Positions 25,801 through 40,800 of a stretch of DNA of 64,000 nt are shown piece after piece. Each line of letters opens with the position of its first letter. The stretch's first letter is position 1. The stretch comes from Auanema rhodensis (Eukaryota; Animalia; Nematoda): NCBI GenBank assembly GCA_964057225.1, contig OZ059897.1, forward strand, positions 20,274,001 through 20,338,000, written 5' to 3'. The notes beneath the pieces are model-generated. The model was given only the letters and a program-made list of their open reading frames with translations. It was not told the DNA's origin and searched no databases. Position numbers and translations under genes: made by a program.

Positions 25801-28800
25801 GAAGAACGCTTAATACAAAAATTAGTTATGATCGTTTGAAAAATGATGCATTAGTGTATGTTGAGTTTCCATGTACACTCAACATTGCTTCCAAAAACAT
25901 TTTGACAAAAATTTTTTCGAAAAATTTCAAAATAATTTAGCAAAAAGTAGATGTTTTTAGATTTCTTTTTTTCAAGGCAAAGACAATGGACCATGTTATT
26001 CAACGAAAAAATTAATTCTTCAGGGTGAAAATCGAGGATATAAGTGTAAACTTATATCATTTGATATCTCGGTGCATTTTTAAGCTAGCGCAAATCTGAT
26101 AACACAGATCGACGCAGCTTAAAAATCCGCATCGAATGCACTATACTACATTAAGAAACGCTTAATACAAAAATTAGTTATGATCGTTTGAAAAATGATG
26201 CATTAGTGTATGTTGAGTTTCCATGTACACTCAACATTGCTTCCAAAAACATTTTGACAAAAATTTTTTCGAAAAATTTCAAAATAATTTAGCAAAAAGT
26301 AGATGTTTTTAGATTCCTTTTTTCAAGGCAAAGACGATGGACAATGTTATTCAACGAAAAAATTATTTCTTCAGGGTGAAAATCGAGAATATAAGTGTGA
26401 ACTTATATCAGTTGATATCTCGGTGCATTTTTAAGCTAGCGCAAATCTGATAACACAGATCGACGCAGCTTAAAAATCCGCATCGAATGCACTATACTAC
26501 ATTGAGAAACGCTTAATACAAAAATTAGTTATGATCGTTTGAAAAATGATGCATTAGTGTATGTTGAGTTTCCATGTACACTCAACATTGCTTCCAAAAA
26601 CATTTTGACAAAAATTTTTTCGAAAAATTTCAAAATAATTTAGCAAAAAGTAGATGTTTTTAGATTCCTTTTTTCAAGGCAAAGACGATGGACGATGTTA
26701 TTCAACGAAAAAATTAATTCTTCAGGGTGAAAATCGAGGATATAAGTGTGAACTTATATCAGTTGATATCTCGGTGCATTTTTAAGCTAGCGCAAATCTG
26801 ATAACACAGATCGACGCAGCTCAAAAATCCGTACGAATGCACTATACTATATTGAGAAACGCTTAATACAAAAATTAGTTATGATCGTTTGAAAAATGAT
26901 GCATTAGTGTATGTTGAGTTTCCATGTACACTCAACATTGCTTCCAAAACCATTTTGACAAAAATTTTTTCGAAAAATTTCAAAATAATTAAGCAAAAAG
27001 TAGATGTTTTTAGATTCCTTTTTTCAAGGCAAAGACGATGGACAATGTTATTCAACGAAAAAACTAATTCTTCAGGGTGAAAATCGAGGATATAAGTGTG
27101 AACTTATATCAGTTGATATCTCGGTACATTTTTAAGCTAGCGCAAATCGGATAACACAGATCGACGCAGCTTAAAAATCCGCATCGAATGCACTATACTA
27201 CATGGAAGAACGCTTAATACAAAAATTAGTTATGATCGTTTGAAAAATGATGCATTAGTGTATGTTGAGTTTCCATGTACACTCAACATTGCTTCCAAAA
27301 ACATTTTGACAAAAATTTTTTCGAAAAATTTCAAAATAATTTAGCAAAAAGTAGATGTTTTTAGATTCCTTTTTTCAAGGTAAAGACGATGGACAATGTT
27401 ATTCAACGAAAAAATTATTTCTTCAGGGTGAAAATCGAGGATATAAGTGTAAACTTATATCATTTGATATCTCGGTGCATTTTTAAGCTAGCGCAAATCT
27501 GATAACACAGATCGACGCAGCTTAAAAATCCGCATCGAATGCACTATACTACATTAAGAAACGCTTAATACAAAAATTAGTTATGATCGTTTGAAAAATG
27601 ATGCATTAGTGTATGTTGAGTTTCCATGTACACTCAACATTGCTTCCAAAAACATTTTGACAAAAATTTTTTCGAAAAATTTCAAAATAATTTAGCAAAA
27701 AGTAGATGTTTTTAGATTTCTTTTTTCAAGGCAAAGACGATGGACAATGTTATTCAACGAAAAAATTAATTCTTCAGGGTGAAAATCGAGGATATAAGTG
27801 TGAACTTATATCAGTTGATATCTCGGTACATTTTTAAGCTAGCGCAAATCTGATAACACAGATCGACGCAGCTTAAAATTCCGCGTCGAATGCACTATAC
27901 TACATGGAAGAACGCTTAATACAAAAATTAGTTATGATCGTTTGAAAAATGATGCATTAGTGTATGTTGAGTTTCCATGTACACTCAACATTGCTTCCAA
28001 AAACATTTTGACAAAAATTTTTTCGAAAAATTTCAAAATAATTTAGCAAAAAGTAGATGTTTTTAGATTCCTTTTTTCAAGGCAAAGACAATGGACCATG
28101 TTATTCAACGAAAAAATTAATTCTTCAGGGTGAAAATCGAGGATATAAGTGTAAACTTATATCATTTGATATCTCGGTGCATTTTTAAGCTAGCGCAAAT
28201 CTGATAACACAGATCGACGCAGCTTAAAAATCCGCATCGAATGCACTATACTACATAGAAGAACGCTTAATACAAAAATTAGTTATGATCGTTTGAAAAA
28301 TGATGCATTAGTGTATGTTGAGTTTCCATGTACACTCAACATTGCTTCCAAAAACATTTTGACAAAAATTTTTTCGAAAAATTTCAAAATAATTTAGCAA
28401 AAAGTAGATGTTTTTAGATTCCTTTTTTCAAGGCAAAGACAATGGACCATGTTATTCAACGAAAAAATTAATTCTTCAGGGTGAAAATCGAGGATATAAG
28501 TGTGAACTTATATCAGTTGATATCTCGGTGCATTTTTAAGCTAGCGCAAATCTGATAACACAGATCGACGCAGCTTAAAAATCCGCATCGAATGCACTAT
28601 ACTACATAGAAGAACGCTTAATACAAAAATTAGTTATGATCGTTTGAAAAATGATGCATTAGTGTATGTTGAGTTTCCATGTACACTCAACATTGCTTCC
28701 AAAAACATTTTGACAAAAATTTTTTCGAAAAATTTCAAAATAATTTAGCAAAAAGTAGATGTTTTTAGATTCCTTTTTTCAAGGCAAAGACGATGGACAA

Positions 28801-31800
28801 TGTTATTCAACGAAAAAATTATTTCTTCAGGGTGAAAATCGAGGATATAAGTGTGAACTTATATCAGTTGATATCTCGGTGCATTTTTAAGCTAGCGCAA
28901 ATCTGATAACACAGATCGACGCAGCTTAAAAATCCGCATCGAATGCACTATACTACATTGAGAAACGCTTAATACAAAAATTAGTTATGATCGTTTGAAA
29001 AATGATGCATTAGTGTATGTTGAGTTTCCATGTACACTCAACATTGCTTCCAAAAACATTTTGACAAAAATTTTTTCGAAAAATTTCAAAATAATTTAGC
29101 AAAAAGTAGATGTTTTTAGATTCCTTTTTTCAAGGCAAAGACAATGGACCATGTTATTCAACGAAAAAATTAATTCTTCAGGGTGAAAATCGAGGATATA
29201 AGTGTGAACTTATATCAGTTGATATCTCGGTGCATTTTTAAGCTAGCGCAAATCTGATAACACAGATCGACGCAGCTTAAAAATCCGCATCGAATGCACT
29301 ATACTACATAGAAGAACGCTTAATACAAAAATTAGTTATGATCGTTTGAAAAATGATGCATTAGTGTATGTTGAGTTTCCATGTACACTCAACATTGCTT
29401 CCAAAAACATTTTGACAAAAATTTTTTCGAAAAATTTCAAAATAATTTAGCAAAAAGTAGATGTTTTTAGATTCCTTTTTTCAAGGCAAAGACGATGGAC
29501 AATGTTATTCAACGAAAAAATTATTTCTTCAGGGTGAAAATCGAGGATATAAGTGTGAACTTATATCAGTTGATATCTCGGTGCATTTTTAAGCTAGCGC
29601 AAATCTGATAACACAGATCGACGCAGCTTAAAAATCCGCATCGAATGCACTATACTTCATTGAGAAACGCTCAATACAAAAATTAGTTATGATCGTTTGA
29701 AAAATGATGCATTAGTGTATGTTGAGTTTCCATGTACACTCAACATTGCTTCCAAAAACATTTTGACAAAAATTTTTTCGAAAAATTTCAAAATAATTTA
29801 GCAAAAAGTAGATGTTTTTAGATTCCTTTTTTCAAGCCAAAGACGATGGACGATGTTATTCAACGAAAAAATTAATTCTTCAGGGTGAAAATCGAGGATA
29901 TAAGTGTGAACTTATATCAGTTGATATCTCGGTGCATTTTTAAGCTAGCGCAAATCTGATAACACAGATCGACGCAGCTCAAAAATCCGTACGAATGCAC
30001 TATACTATATTGAGAAACGCTTAATACAAAAATTAGTTATGATCGTTTGAAAAATGATGCATTAGTGTATGTTGAGTTTCCATGTACACTCAACATTGCT
30101 TCCAAAAACATTTTGACAAAAATTTTTTCGAAAAATTTCAAAATAATTAAGCAAAAAGTAGATGTTTTTAGATTCCTTTTTTCAAGGCAAAGACGATGGA
30201 CAATGTTATTCAACGAAAAAATTAATTCTTCAGGGTGAAAATCGAGGATATAAGTGTGAACTTATATCAGTTGATATCTCGGTGCATTTTTAAGCTAGCG
30301 CAAATCTGATAACACAGATCGACGCAGCTTAAAAATCCGCATCGAATGCACTATACTACATAGAAGAACGCTTAATACAAAAATTAGTTATGATCGTTTG
30401 AAAAATGATGCATTAGTGTATGTTGAGTTTCCATGTACACTCAACATTGCTTCCAAAAACATTTTGACAAAAATTTTTTCGAAAAATTTCAAAATAATTT
30501 AGCAAAAAGTAGATGTTTTTATATTCCTTTTTTCAAGGCAAAGACGATGGACAATGTTATTCAACGAAAAAATTATTTCTTCAGGGTGAAAATCGAGGAT
30601 ATAAGTGTAAACTTATATCATTTGATATCTCGGTGCATTTTTAAGCTAGCGCAAATCTGATAACACAGATCGACGCAGCTTAAAAATCCGCATCGAATGC
30701 ACTATACTACATGGAAGAACGCTTAATACAAAAATTAGTTATGATCGTTTGAAAAATGATGCATTAGTGTATGTTGAGTTTCCATGTACACTCAACATTG
30801 CTTCCAAAAACATTTTGACAAAAATTTTTTCGAAAAATTTCAAAATAATTTAGCAAAAAGTAGATGTTTTTAGATTTCTTTTCTCAAGGCAAAGACAATG
30901 GACCATGTTATTCAACGAAAAAATTAATTCTTCAGGGTGAAAATCGAGGATATAAGTGTAAACTTATATCATTTGATATCTCGGTGCATTTTTAAGCTAG
31001 CGCAAATCTGATAACACAGATCGACGCAGCTTAAAAATCCGCATCGAATGCACTATACTACATTAAGAAACGCTTAATACAAAAATTAGTTATGATCGTT
31101 TGAAAAATGATGCATTAGTGTATGTTGAGTTTCCATGTACACTCAACATTGCTTCCAAAAACATTTTGACAAAAATTTTTTCGAAAAATTTCAAAATAAT
31201 TTAGCAAAAAGTAGATGTTTTTAGATTCCTTTTTTCAAGGCAAAGACGATGGACAATGTTATTCAACGAAAAAATTATTTCTTCAGGGTGAAAATCGAGG
31301 ATATAAGTGTGAACTTATATCAGTTGATATCTCGGTGCATTTTTAAGCTAGCGCAAATCTGATAACACAGATCGACGCAGCTTAAAAATCCGCATCGAAT
31401 GCACTATACTACATTGAGAAACGCTTAATACAAAAATTAGTTATGATCGTTTGAAAAATGATGCATTAGTGTATGTTGAGTTTCCATGTACACTCAACAT
31501 TGCTTCCAAAAACATTTTGACAAAAATTTTTTCGAAAAATTTCAAAATAATTTAGCAAAAAGTAGATGTTTTTATATTCCTTTTTTCAAGGCAAAGACGA
31601 TGGACAATGTTATTCAACGAAAAAATTATTTCTTCAGGGTGAAAATCGAGGATATAAGTGTAAACTTATATCATTTGATATCTCGGTGCATTTTTAAGCT
31701 AGCGCAAATCTGATAACACAGATCGACGCAGCTTAAAAATCCGCATCGAATGCACTATACTACATGGAAGAACGCTTAATACAAAAATTAGTTATGATCG

Positions 31801-34800
31801 TTTGAAAAATGATGCATTAGTGTATGTTGAGTTTCCATGTACACTCAACATTGCTTCCAAAAACATTTTGACAAAAATTTTTTCGAAAAATTTCAAAATA
31901 ATTTAGCAAAAAGTAGATGTTTTTAGATTTCTTTTTTCAAGGCAAAGACAATGGACCATGTTATTCAACGAAAAAATTAATTCTTCAGGGTGAAAATCGA
32001 GGATATAAGTGTAAACTTATATCATTTGATATCTCGGTGCATTTTTAAGCTAGCGCAAATCTGATAACACAGATCGACGCAGCTTAAAAATCCGCATCGA
32101 ATGCACTATACTACATTAAGAAACGCTTAATACAAAAATTAGTTATGATCGTTTGAAAAATGATGCATTAGTGTATGTTGAGTTTCCATGTACACTCAAC
32201 ATTGCTTCCAAAAACATTTTGACAAAAATTTTTTCGAAAAATTTCAAAATAATTTAGCAAAAAGTAGATGTTTTTAGATTCCTTTTTTCAAGGCAAAGAC
32301 GATGGACAATGTTATTCAACGAAAAAATTATTTCTTCAGGGTGAAAATCGAGGATATAAGTGTGAACTTATATCAGTTGATATCTCGGTGCATTTTTAAG
32401 CTAGCGCAAATCTGATAACACAGATCGACGCAGCTTAAAAATCCGCATCGAATGCACTATACTACATTGAGAAACGCTTAATACAAAAATTAGTTATGAT
32501 CGTTTGAAAAATGATGCATTAGTGTATGTTGAGTTTCCATGTACACTCAACATTGCTTCCAAAAACATTTTGACAAAAATTTTTTCGAAAAATTTCAAAA
32601 TAATTTAGCAAAAAGTAGATGTTTTTAGATTCCTTTTTTCAAGGCAAAGACGATGGACGATGTTATTCAACGAACAAATTAATTCTTCAGGGTGAAAATC
32701 GAGGATATAAGTGTGAACTTATATCAGTTGATATCTCGGTGCATTTTTAAGCTAGCGCAAATCTGATAACACAGATCGACGCAGCTCAAAAATCCGTACG
32801 AATGCACTATACTATATTGAGAAACGCTTAATACAAAAATTAGTTATGATCGTTTGAAAAATGATGCATTAGTGTATGTTGAGTTTCCATGTACACTCAA
32901 CATTGCTTCCAAAACCATTTTGACAAAAATTTTTTCGAAAAATTTCAAAATAATTAAGCAAAAAGTAGATGTTTTTAGATTCCTTTTTTCAAGGCAAAGA
33001 CGATGGACAATGTTATTCAACGAAAAAACTAATTCTTCAGGGTGAAAATCGAGGATATAAGTGTGAACTTATATCAGTTGATATCTCGGTACATTTTTAT
33101 GCTAGCGCAAATCGGATAACACAGATCGACGCAGCTTAAAAATCCGCATCGAATGCACTATACTACATGGAAGAACGCTTAATACAAAAATTAGTTATGA
33201 TCGTTTGAAAAATGATGCATTAGTGTATGTTGAGTTTCCATGTACACTCAACATTGCTTCCAAAAACATTTTGACAAAAATTTTTTCGAAAAATTTCAAA
33301 ATAATTTAGCAAAAAGTAGATGTTTTTAGATTCCTTTTTTTAAGGCAAAGACGATGGACAATGTTATTCAACGAAAAAATTAATTCTTCAGGGTGAAAAT
33401 CGAGGATATAAGTGTGAACTTATATCAGTTGATATCTCGGTACATTTTTAAGCTAGCGCAAATCTGATAACACAGATCGACGCAGCTTAAAATTCCGCAT
33501 CGAATGCACTATACTACATGGAAGAACGCTTAATACAAAAATTAGTTATGATCGTTTGAAAAATGATGCATTAGTGTATGTTGAGTTTCCATGTACACTC
33601 AACATTGCTTCCAAAAACATTTTGACAAAAATTTTTTCGAAAAATTTCAAAATAATTTAGCAAAAAGTAGATGTTTTTAGATTCCTTTTTTCAAGGCAAA
33701 GACAATGGACCATGTTATTCAACGAAAAAATTAATTCTTCAGGGTGAAAATCGAGGATATAAGTGTAAACTTATATCATTTGATATCTCGGTGCATTTTT
33801 AAGCTAGCGCAAATCTGATAACACAGATCGACGCAGCTTAAAAATCCGCATCGAATGCACTATACTACATTAAGAAACGCTTAATACAAAAATTAGTTAT
33901 GATCGTTTGAAAAATGATGCATTAGTGTATGTTGAGTTTCCATGTACACTCAACATTGCTTCCAAAAACATTTTGACAAAAATTTTTTCGAAAAATTTCA
34001 AAATAATTTAGCAAAAAGTAGATGTTTTTAGATTCCTTTTTTCAAGGCAAAGACGATGGACAATGTTATTCAACGAAAAAATTAATTCTTCAGGGTGAAA
34101 ATCGAGGATATAAGTGTGAACTTATATCAGTTGATATCTCGGTACATTTTTAAGCTAGCGCAAATCTGATAACACAGATCGACGCAGCTTAAAATTCCGC
34201 ATCGAATGCACTATACTACATGGAAGAACGCTTAATACAAAAATTAGTTATGATCGTTTGAAAAATGATGCATTAGTGTATGTTGAGTTTCCATGTACAC
34301 TCAACATTGCTTCCAAAAACATTTTGACAAAAATTTTTTCGAAAAATTTCAAAATAATTTAGCAAAAAGTAGATGTTTTTAGATTCCTTTTTTCAAGGCA
34401 AAGACAATGGACCATGTTATTCAACGAAAAAATTAATTCTTCAGGGTGAAAATCGAGGATATAAGTGTAAACTTATATCATTTGATATCTCGGTGCATTT
34501 TTAAGCTAGCGCAAATCTGATAACACAGATCGACGCAGCTTAAAAATCCGCATCGAATGCACTATACTACATTAAGAAACGCTTAATACAAAAATTAGTT
34601 ATGATCGTTTGAAAAATCATGCATTAGTGTATGTTGAGTTTCCATGTACACTCAACATTGCTTCCAAAAACATTTTGACAAAAATTTTTTCGAAAAATTT
34701 CAAAATAATTTAGCAAAAAGTAGATGTTTTTAGATTCCTTTTTTCAAGGCAAAGACAATGGACCATGTTATTCAACGAAAAAATTAATTCTTCAGGGTGA

Positions 34801-37800
34801 AAATCGAGGATATAAGTGTAAACTTATATCATTTGATATCTCGGTGCATTTTTAAGCTAGCGCAAATCTGATAACACAGATCGACGCAGCTTAAAAATCC
34901 GCATCGAATGCACTATACTACATTAAGAAACGCTTAATACAAAAATTAGTTATGATCGTTTGAAAAATGATGCATTAGTGTATGTTGAGTTTCCATGTAC
35001 ACTCAACATTGCTTCCGAAAACATTTTGACAAAAATTTTTTCGAAAAATTTCAAAATAATTTAGCAAAAAGTAGATGTTTTTAGATTCCTTTTTTCAAGG
35101 CAAAGACGATGAACAATGTTATTCAACGAAAAAATTAATTCTTCAGGGTGAAAATCGAGGATATAAGTGTGAACTTATATCAGATGATATCTCGGTGCAT
35201 TTTTAAGCTAGCGCAAATCTGATAACACAGATCGACGCAGCTTAAAAATCCGCATCGAATGCACTATACTACATTGAGAAACGCTTAATACAAAAATTAG
35301 TTATGATCGTTTGAAAAATGATGCATTAGTGTATGTTGAGTTTCCATGTACACTCAACATTGCTTCCAAAAACATTTTGACAAAAATTTTTTCGAAAAAT
35401 TTCAAAATAATTTAGCAAAAAGTAGATGTTTTTAGATTCCTTTTTTCAAGGCAAAGACGATGGACGATGTTATTCAACGAAAAAATTAATTCTTCAGGGT
35501 GAAAATCGAGGATATAAGTGTGAACTTATATCAGTTGATATCTCGGTGCATTTTTAAGCTAGCGCAAATCTGATAACACAGATCGACGCAGCTCAAAAAT
35601 CCGTACGAATGCACTATACTACATTAAGAAACGCTTAATACAAAAATTAGTTATGATCGTTTGAAAAATGATGCATTAGTGTATGTTGAGTTTCCATGTA
35701 CACTCAACATTGCTTCCGAAAACATTTTGACAAAAATTTTTTCGAAAAATTTCAAAATAATTTAGCAAAAAGTAGATGTTTTTAGATTCCTTTTTTCAAG
35801 GCAAAGACGATGAACAATGTTATTCAACGAAAAAATTAATTCTTCAGGGTGAAAATCGAGGATATAAGTGTGAACTTATATCAGATGATATCTCGGTGCA
35901 TTTTTAAGCTAGCGCAAATCTGATAACACAGATCGACGCAGCTTAAAAATCCGCATCGAATGCACTATACTACATTGAGAAACGCTTAATACAAAAATTA
36001 GTTATGATCGTTTGAAAAATGATGCATTAGTGTATGTTGAGTTTCCATGTACACTCAACATTGCTTCCAAAAACATTTTGACAAAAATTTTTTCGAAAAA
36101 TTTCAAAATAATTTAGCAAAAAGTAGATGTTTTTAGATTCCTTTTTTCAAGGCAAAGACGATGGACAATGTTATTTAACGAAAAAATTAATTCTTCAGGG
36201 TGAAAATCGAGGATAAATGTGTAAACTTATATCAGTTGATATCTCGGTGCATTTTTAAGCTAGCGCAAATCTGATAACACAGATCGACGCAGCTTAAAAA
36301 TCCGCATCGAATGCACTATACTACATGGAAGAACGCTTAATACAAAAATTAGTTATGATCGTTTGAAAAATGATGCATTAGTGTATGTTGAGTTTCCATG
36401 TACACTCAACATTGCTTCCAAAAACATTTTGACAAAAATTTTTTCGAAAAATTTCAAAATAATTTAGCAAAAAGTAGATGTTTTTAGATTCCTTTTTTCA
36501 AGGCAAAGACGATGGACAATGTTATTCAACGAAAAAATTATTTCTTCAGGGTGAAAATCGAGGATATAAGTGTGAACTTATATCAGTTGATATCTCGGTG
36601 CATTTTTAAGCTAGCGCAAATCTGATAACACAGATCGACGCAGCTTAAAAATCCGCATCGAATGCACTATACTACATTGAGAAACGCTTAATACAAAAAT
36701 TAGTTATGATCGTTTGAAAAATGATGCATTAGTGTATGTTGAGTTTCCATGTACACTCAACATTGCTTCCAAAAACATTTTGACAAAAATTTTTTCGAAA
36801 AATTTCAAAATAATTTAGCAAAAAGTAGATGTTTTTAGATTCCTTTTTTCAAGGCAAAGACGATGGACGATGTTATTCAACGAAAAAATTAATTCTTCAG
36901 GGTGAAAATCGAGGATATAAGTGTGAACTTATATCAGTTGATATCTCGGTGCATTTTTAAGCTAGCGCAAATCTGATAACACAGATCGACGCAGCTTAAA
37001 AATCCGCATCGAATGCACTATACTACATTAAGAAACGCTTAATACAAAAATTAGTTATGATCGTTTGAAAAATGATGCATTAGTGTATGTTGAGTTTCCA
37101 TGTACACTCAACATTGCTTCCAAAAACATTTTGACAAAAATTTTTTCGAAAAATTTCAAAATAATTTAGCAAAAAGTAGATGTTTTTAGATTCCTTTTTT
37201 TAAGGCAAAGACGATGGACGATGTTATTCAACGAAAAAATTAATTCTTCAGGGTGAAAATCGAGGATATAAGTGTGAACTTATATCAGTTGATATCTCGG
37301 AGCATTTTTAAGCTAGCGCAAATCTGATAACACAGATCGACGCAGCTTAAAAATCCGCATCGAATGCACTATACTACATGGAAGAACGCTTAATACAAAA
37401 ATTAGTTATGATCGTTTGAAAAATGATGCATTAGTGTATGTTGAGTTTCCATGTACACTCAACATTGCTTCCAAAAACATTTTGACAAAAATTTTTTCGA
37501 AAAATTTCAAAATAATTTAGCAAAAAGTAGATGTTTTTAGATTCCTTTTTTCAAGGCAAAGACGATGGACAATGTTATTCAACGAAAAAATTATTTCTTC
37601 AGGGTGAAAATCGAGGATATAAGTGTGAACTTATATCAGTTGATATCTCGGTGCATTTTTAAGCTAGCGCAAATCTGATAACACAGATCGACGCAGCTTA
37701 AAAATCCGCATCGAATGCACTATACTACATGGAAGAACGCTTAATACAAAAATTAGTTATGATCGTTTGAAAAATGATGCATTAGTGTATGTTGAGTTTC

Positions 37801-40800
37801 CATGTACACTCAACATTGCTTCCAAAAACATTTTGACAAAAATTTTTTCGAAAAATTTCAAAATAATTTAGCAAAAAGTAGATGTTTTTAGATTCCTTTT
37901 TTCAAGGCAAAGACGATGGACAATGTTATTCAACGAAAAAATTATTTCTTCAGGGTGAAAATCGAGGATATAAGTGTGAACTTATATCAGTTGATATCTC
38001 GGTGCATTTTTAAGCTAGCGCAAATCTGATAACACAGATCGACGCAGCTCAAAAATCCGCATCGAATGCACTATACTACATTAAGAAACGCTCAATACAA
38101 AAATTAGTTATGATCGTTTGAAAAATGATGCATTAGTGTATGTTGAGTTTCCATGTACACTCAACATTGCTTCCAAAAACATTTTGACAAAAATTTTTTC
38201 GAAAAATTTCAAAATAATTTAGCAAAAAGTAGATGTTTTTAGATTCCTTTTTTTAAGGCAAAGACGATAAACGATGTTATTCAACGAAAAAATTAATTCT
38301 TCAGGGTGAAAATCGAGGATATAAGTGTGAACTTATATCAGTTGATATCTCGGTGCATTTTTAAGCTAGCGCAAATCTGATAACACAGATCGACGCAGCT
38401 TAAAAATCCGCATCGAATGCACTATACTACATGGAAGAACGCTTAATACAAAAATTAGTTATGATGGTTTGAAAAATGATGCATTAGTGTATGTTGAGTT
38501 TCCATGTACACTCAACATTGCTTCCAAAAACATTTTGACAAAAATTTTTTCGAAAAATTTCAAAATAATTTAGCAAAAAGTAGATGTTTTTAGATTCCTT
38601 TTTTCAAGGCAAAGACGATGGACAATGTTATTCAACGAAAAAATTATTTCTTCAGGGTGAAAATCGAGGATAAAAGTGTAAACTTATATCAGTTGATATC
38701 TCGGTGCATTTTTAAGCTAGCGCAAATCTGATAACACAGATCGACGCAGCTTAAAAATCCGCATCGAATGCACTATACTACATTAAGAAACGCTTAATAC
38801 AAAAATTAGTTATGATCGTTTGAAAAATGATGCATTAGTGTATGTTGAGTTTCCATGTACACTCAACATTGCTTCCAAAAACATTTTGACAAAAATTTTT
38901 TCGAAAATTTTCAAAATAATTTAGCAAAAAGTAGATGTTTTTAGATTCCTTTTTTCAAGGCAAAGACGATGGACGATGTTATTCAACGAAAAAATTAATT
39001 CTTCAGGGTGAAAATCGAGGATATAAGTGTGAACTTATATCAGTTGATATCTCGGTGCATTTTTAAGCTAGCGCAAATCTGATAACACAGATCGACGCAG
39101 CTTAAAAATCCGCATCGAATGCACTATACTACATTAAGAAACGCTTAATACAAAAATTAGTTATGATCGTTTGAAAAATGATGCATTAGTGTATGTTGAG
39201 TTTCCATGTACACTCAACATTGCTTCCAAAAACATTTTGACAAAAATTTTTTCGAAAAATTTCAAAATAATTTAGCAAAAAGTAGATGTTTTTAAATTCC
39301 TTTTTTTAAGGCAAAGACGATGGACGATGTTATTCAACGAAAAAATTAATTCTTCAGGGTGAAAATCGAGGATATAAGTGTGAACTTATATCAGTTGATA
39401 TCTCGGTGCATTTTTAAGCTAGCGCAAATCTGATAACACAGATCGACGCAGCTTAAAAATCCGCATCGAATGCACTATACTACATGGAAGAATGCTTAAT
39501 ACAAAAATTAGTTATGATCGTTTGAAAAATGATGCATTAGTGTATGTTGAGTTTCCATGTACACTCAACATTGCTTCCAAAAACATTTTGACAAAAATTT
39601 TTTCGAAAAATTTCAAGATAATTTAGCAAAAAGTAGATGTTTTTAGATTCCTTTTTTCAAGGCAAAGACGATGGACAATGTTATTCAACGAAAAAATTAT
39701 TTCTTCAGGGTGAAAATCGAGGATATAAGTGTGAACTTATATCAGTTGATATCTCGGTGCATTTTTAAGCTAGCGCAAATCTGATAACACAGATCGACGC
39801 AGCTTAAAAATCCGCATCGAATGCACTATACTACATTGAGAAACGCTTAATACAAAAATTAGTTATGATCGTTTGAAAAATGATGCATTAGTGTATGTTG
39901 AGTTTCCATGTACACTCAACATTGCTTCCAAAAACATTTTGACAAAAATTTTTTCGAAAAATTTCAAAATAATTTAGCAAAAAGTAGATGTTTTTAGATT
40001 CCTTTTTTTAAGGCAAAGACGATGGACGATGTTATTCAACGAAAAAATTAATTCTTCAGGGTGAAAATCGAGGATATAAGTGTGAACTTATATCAGTTGA
40101 TATCTCGGTGCATTTTTAAGCTAGCGCAAATCTGATAACACAGATCGACGCAGCTTAAAAATCCGCATCGAATGCACTATACTACATGGAAGAATGCTTA
40201 ATACAAAAATTAGTTATGATCGTTTGAAAAATGATGCATTAGTGTATGTTGAGTTTCCATGTACACTCAACATTGCTTCCAAAAACATTTTGACAAAAAT
40301 TTTTTCGAAAAATTTCAAGATAATTTAGCAAAAAGTAGATGTTTTTAGATTCCTTTTTTCAAGGCAAAGACGATGGACAATGTTATTCAACGAAAAAATT
40401 ATTTCTTCAGGGTGAAAATCGAGGATATAAGTGTGAACTTATATCAGTTGATATCTCGGTGCATTTTTAAGCTAGCGCAAATCTGATAACACAGATCGAC
40501 GCAGCTTAAAAATCCGCATCGAATGCACTATACTACATTGAGAAACGCTTAATACAAAAATTAGTTATGATCGTTTGAAAAATGATGCATTAGTGTATGT
40601 TGAGTTTCCATGTACACTCAACATTGCTTCCAAAAACATTTTGACAAAAATTTTTTCGAAAAATTTCAAAATAATTTAGCAAAAAGTAGATGTTTTTAGA
40701 TTCCTTTTTTTAAGGCAAAGACGATGGACGATGTTATTCAACGAAAAAATTAATTCTTCAGGGTGAAAATCGAGGATATAAGTGTGAACTTATATCAGTT

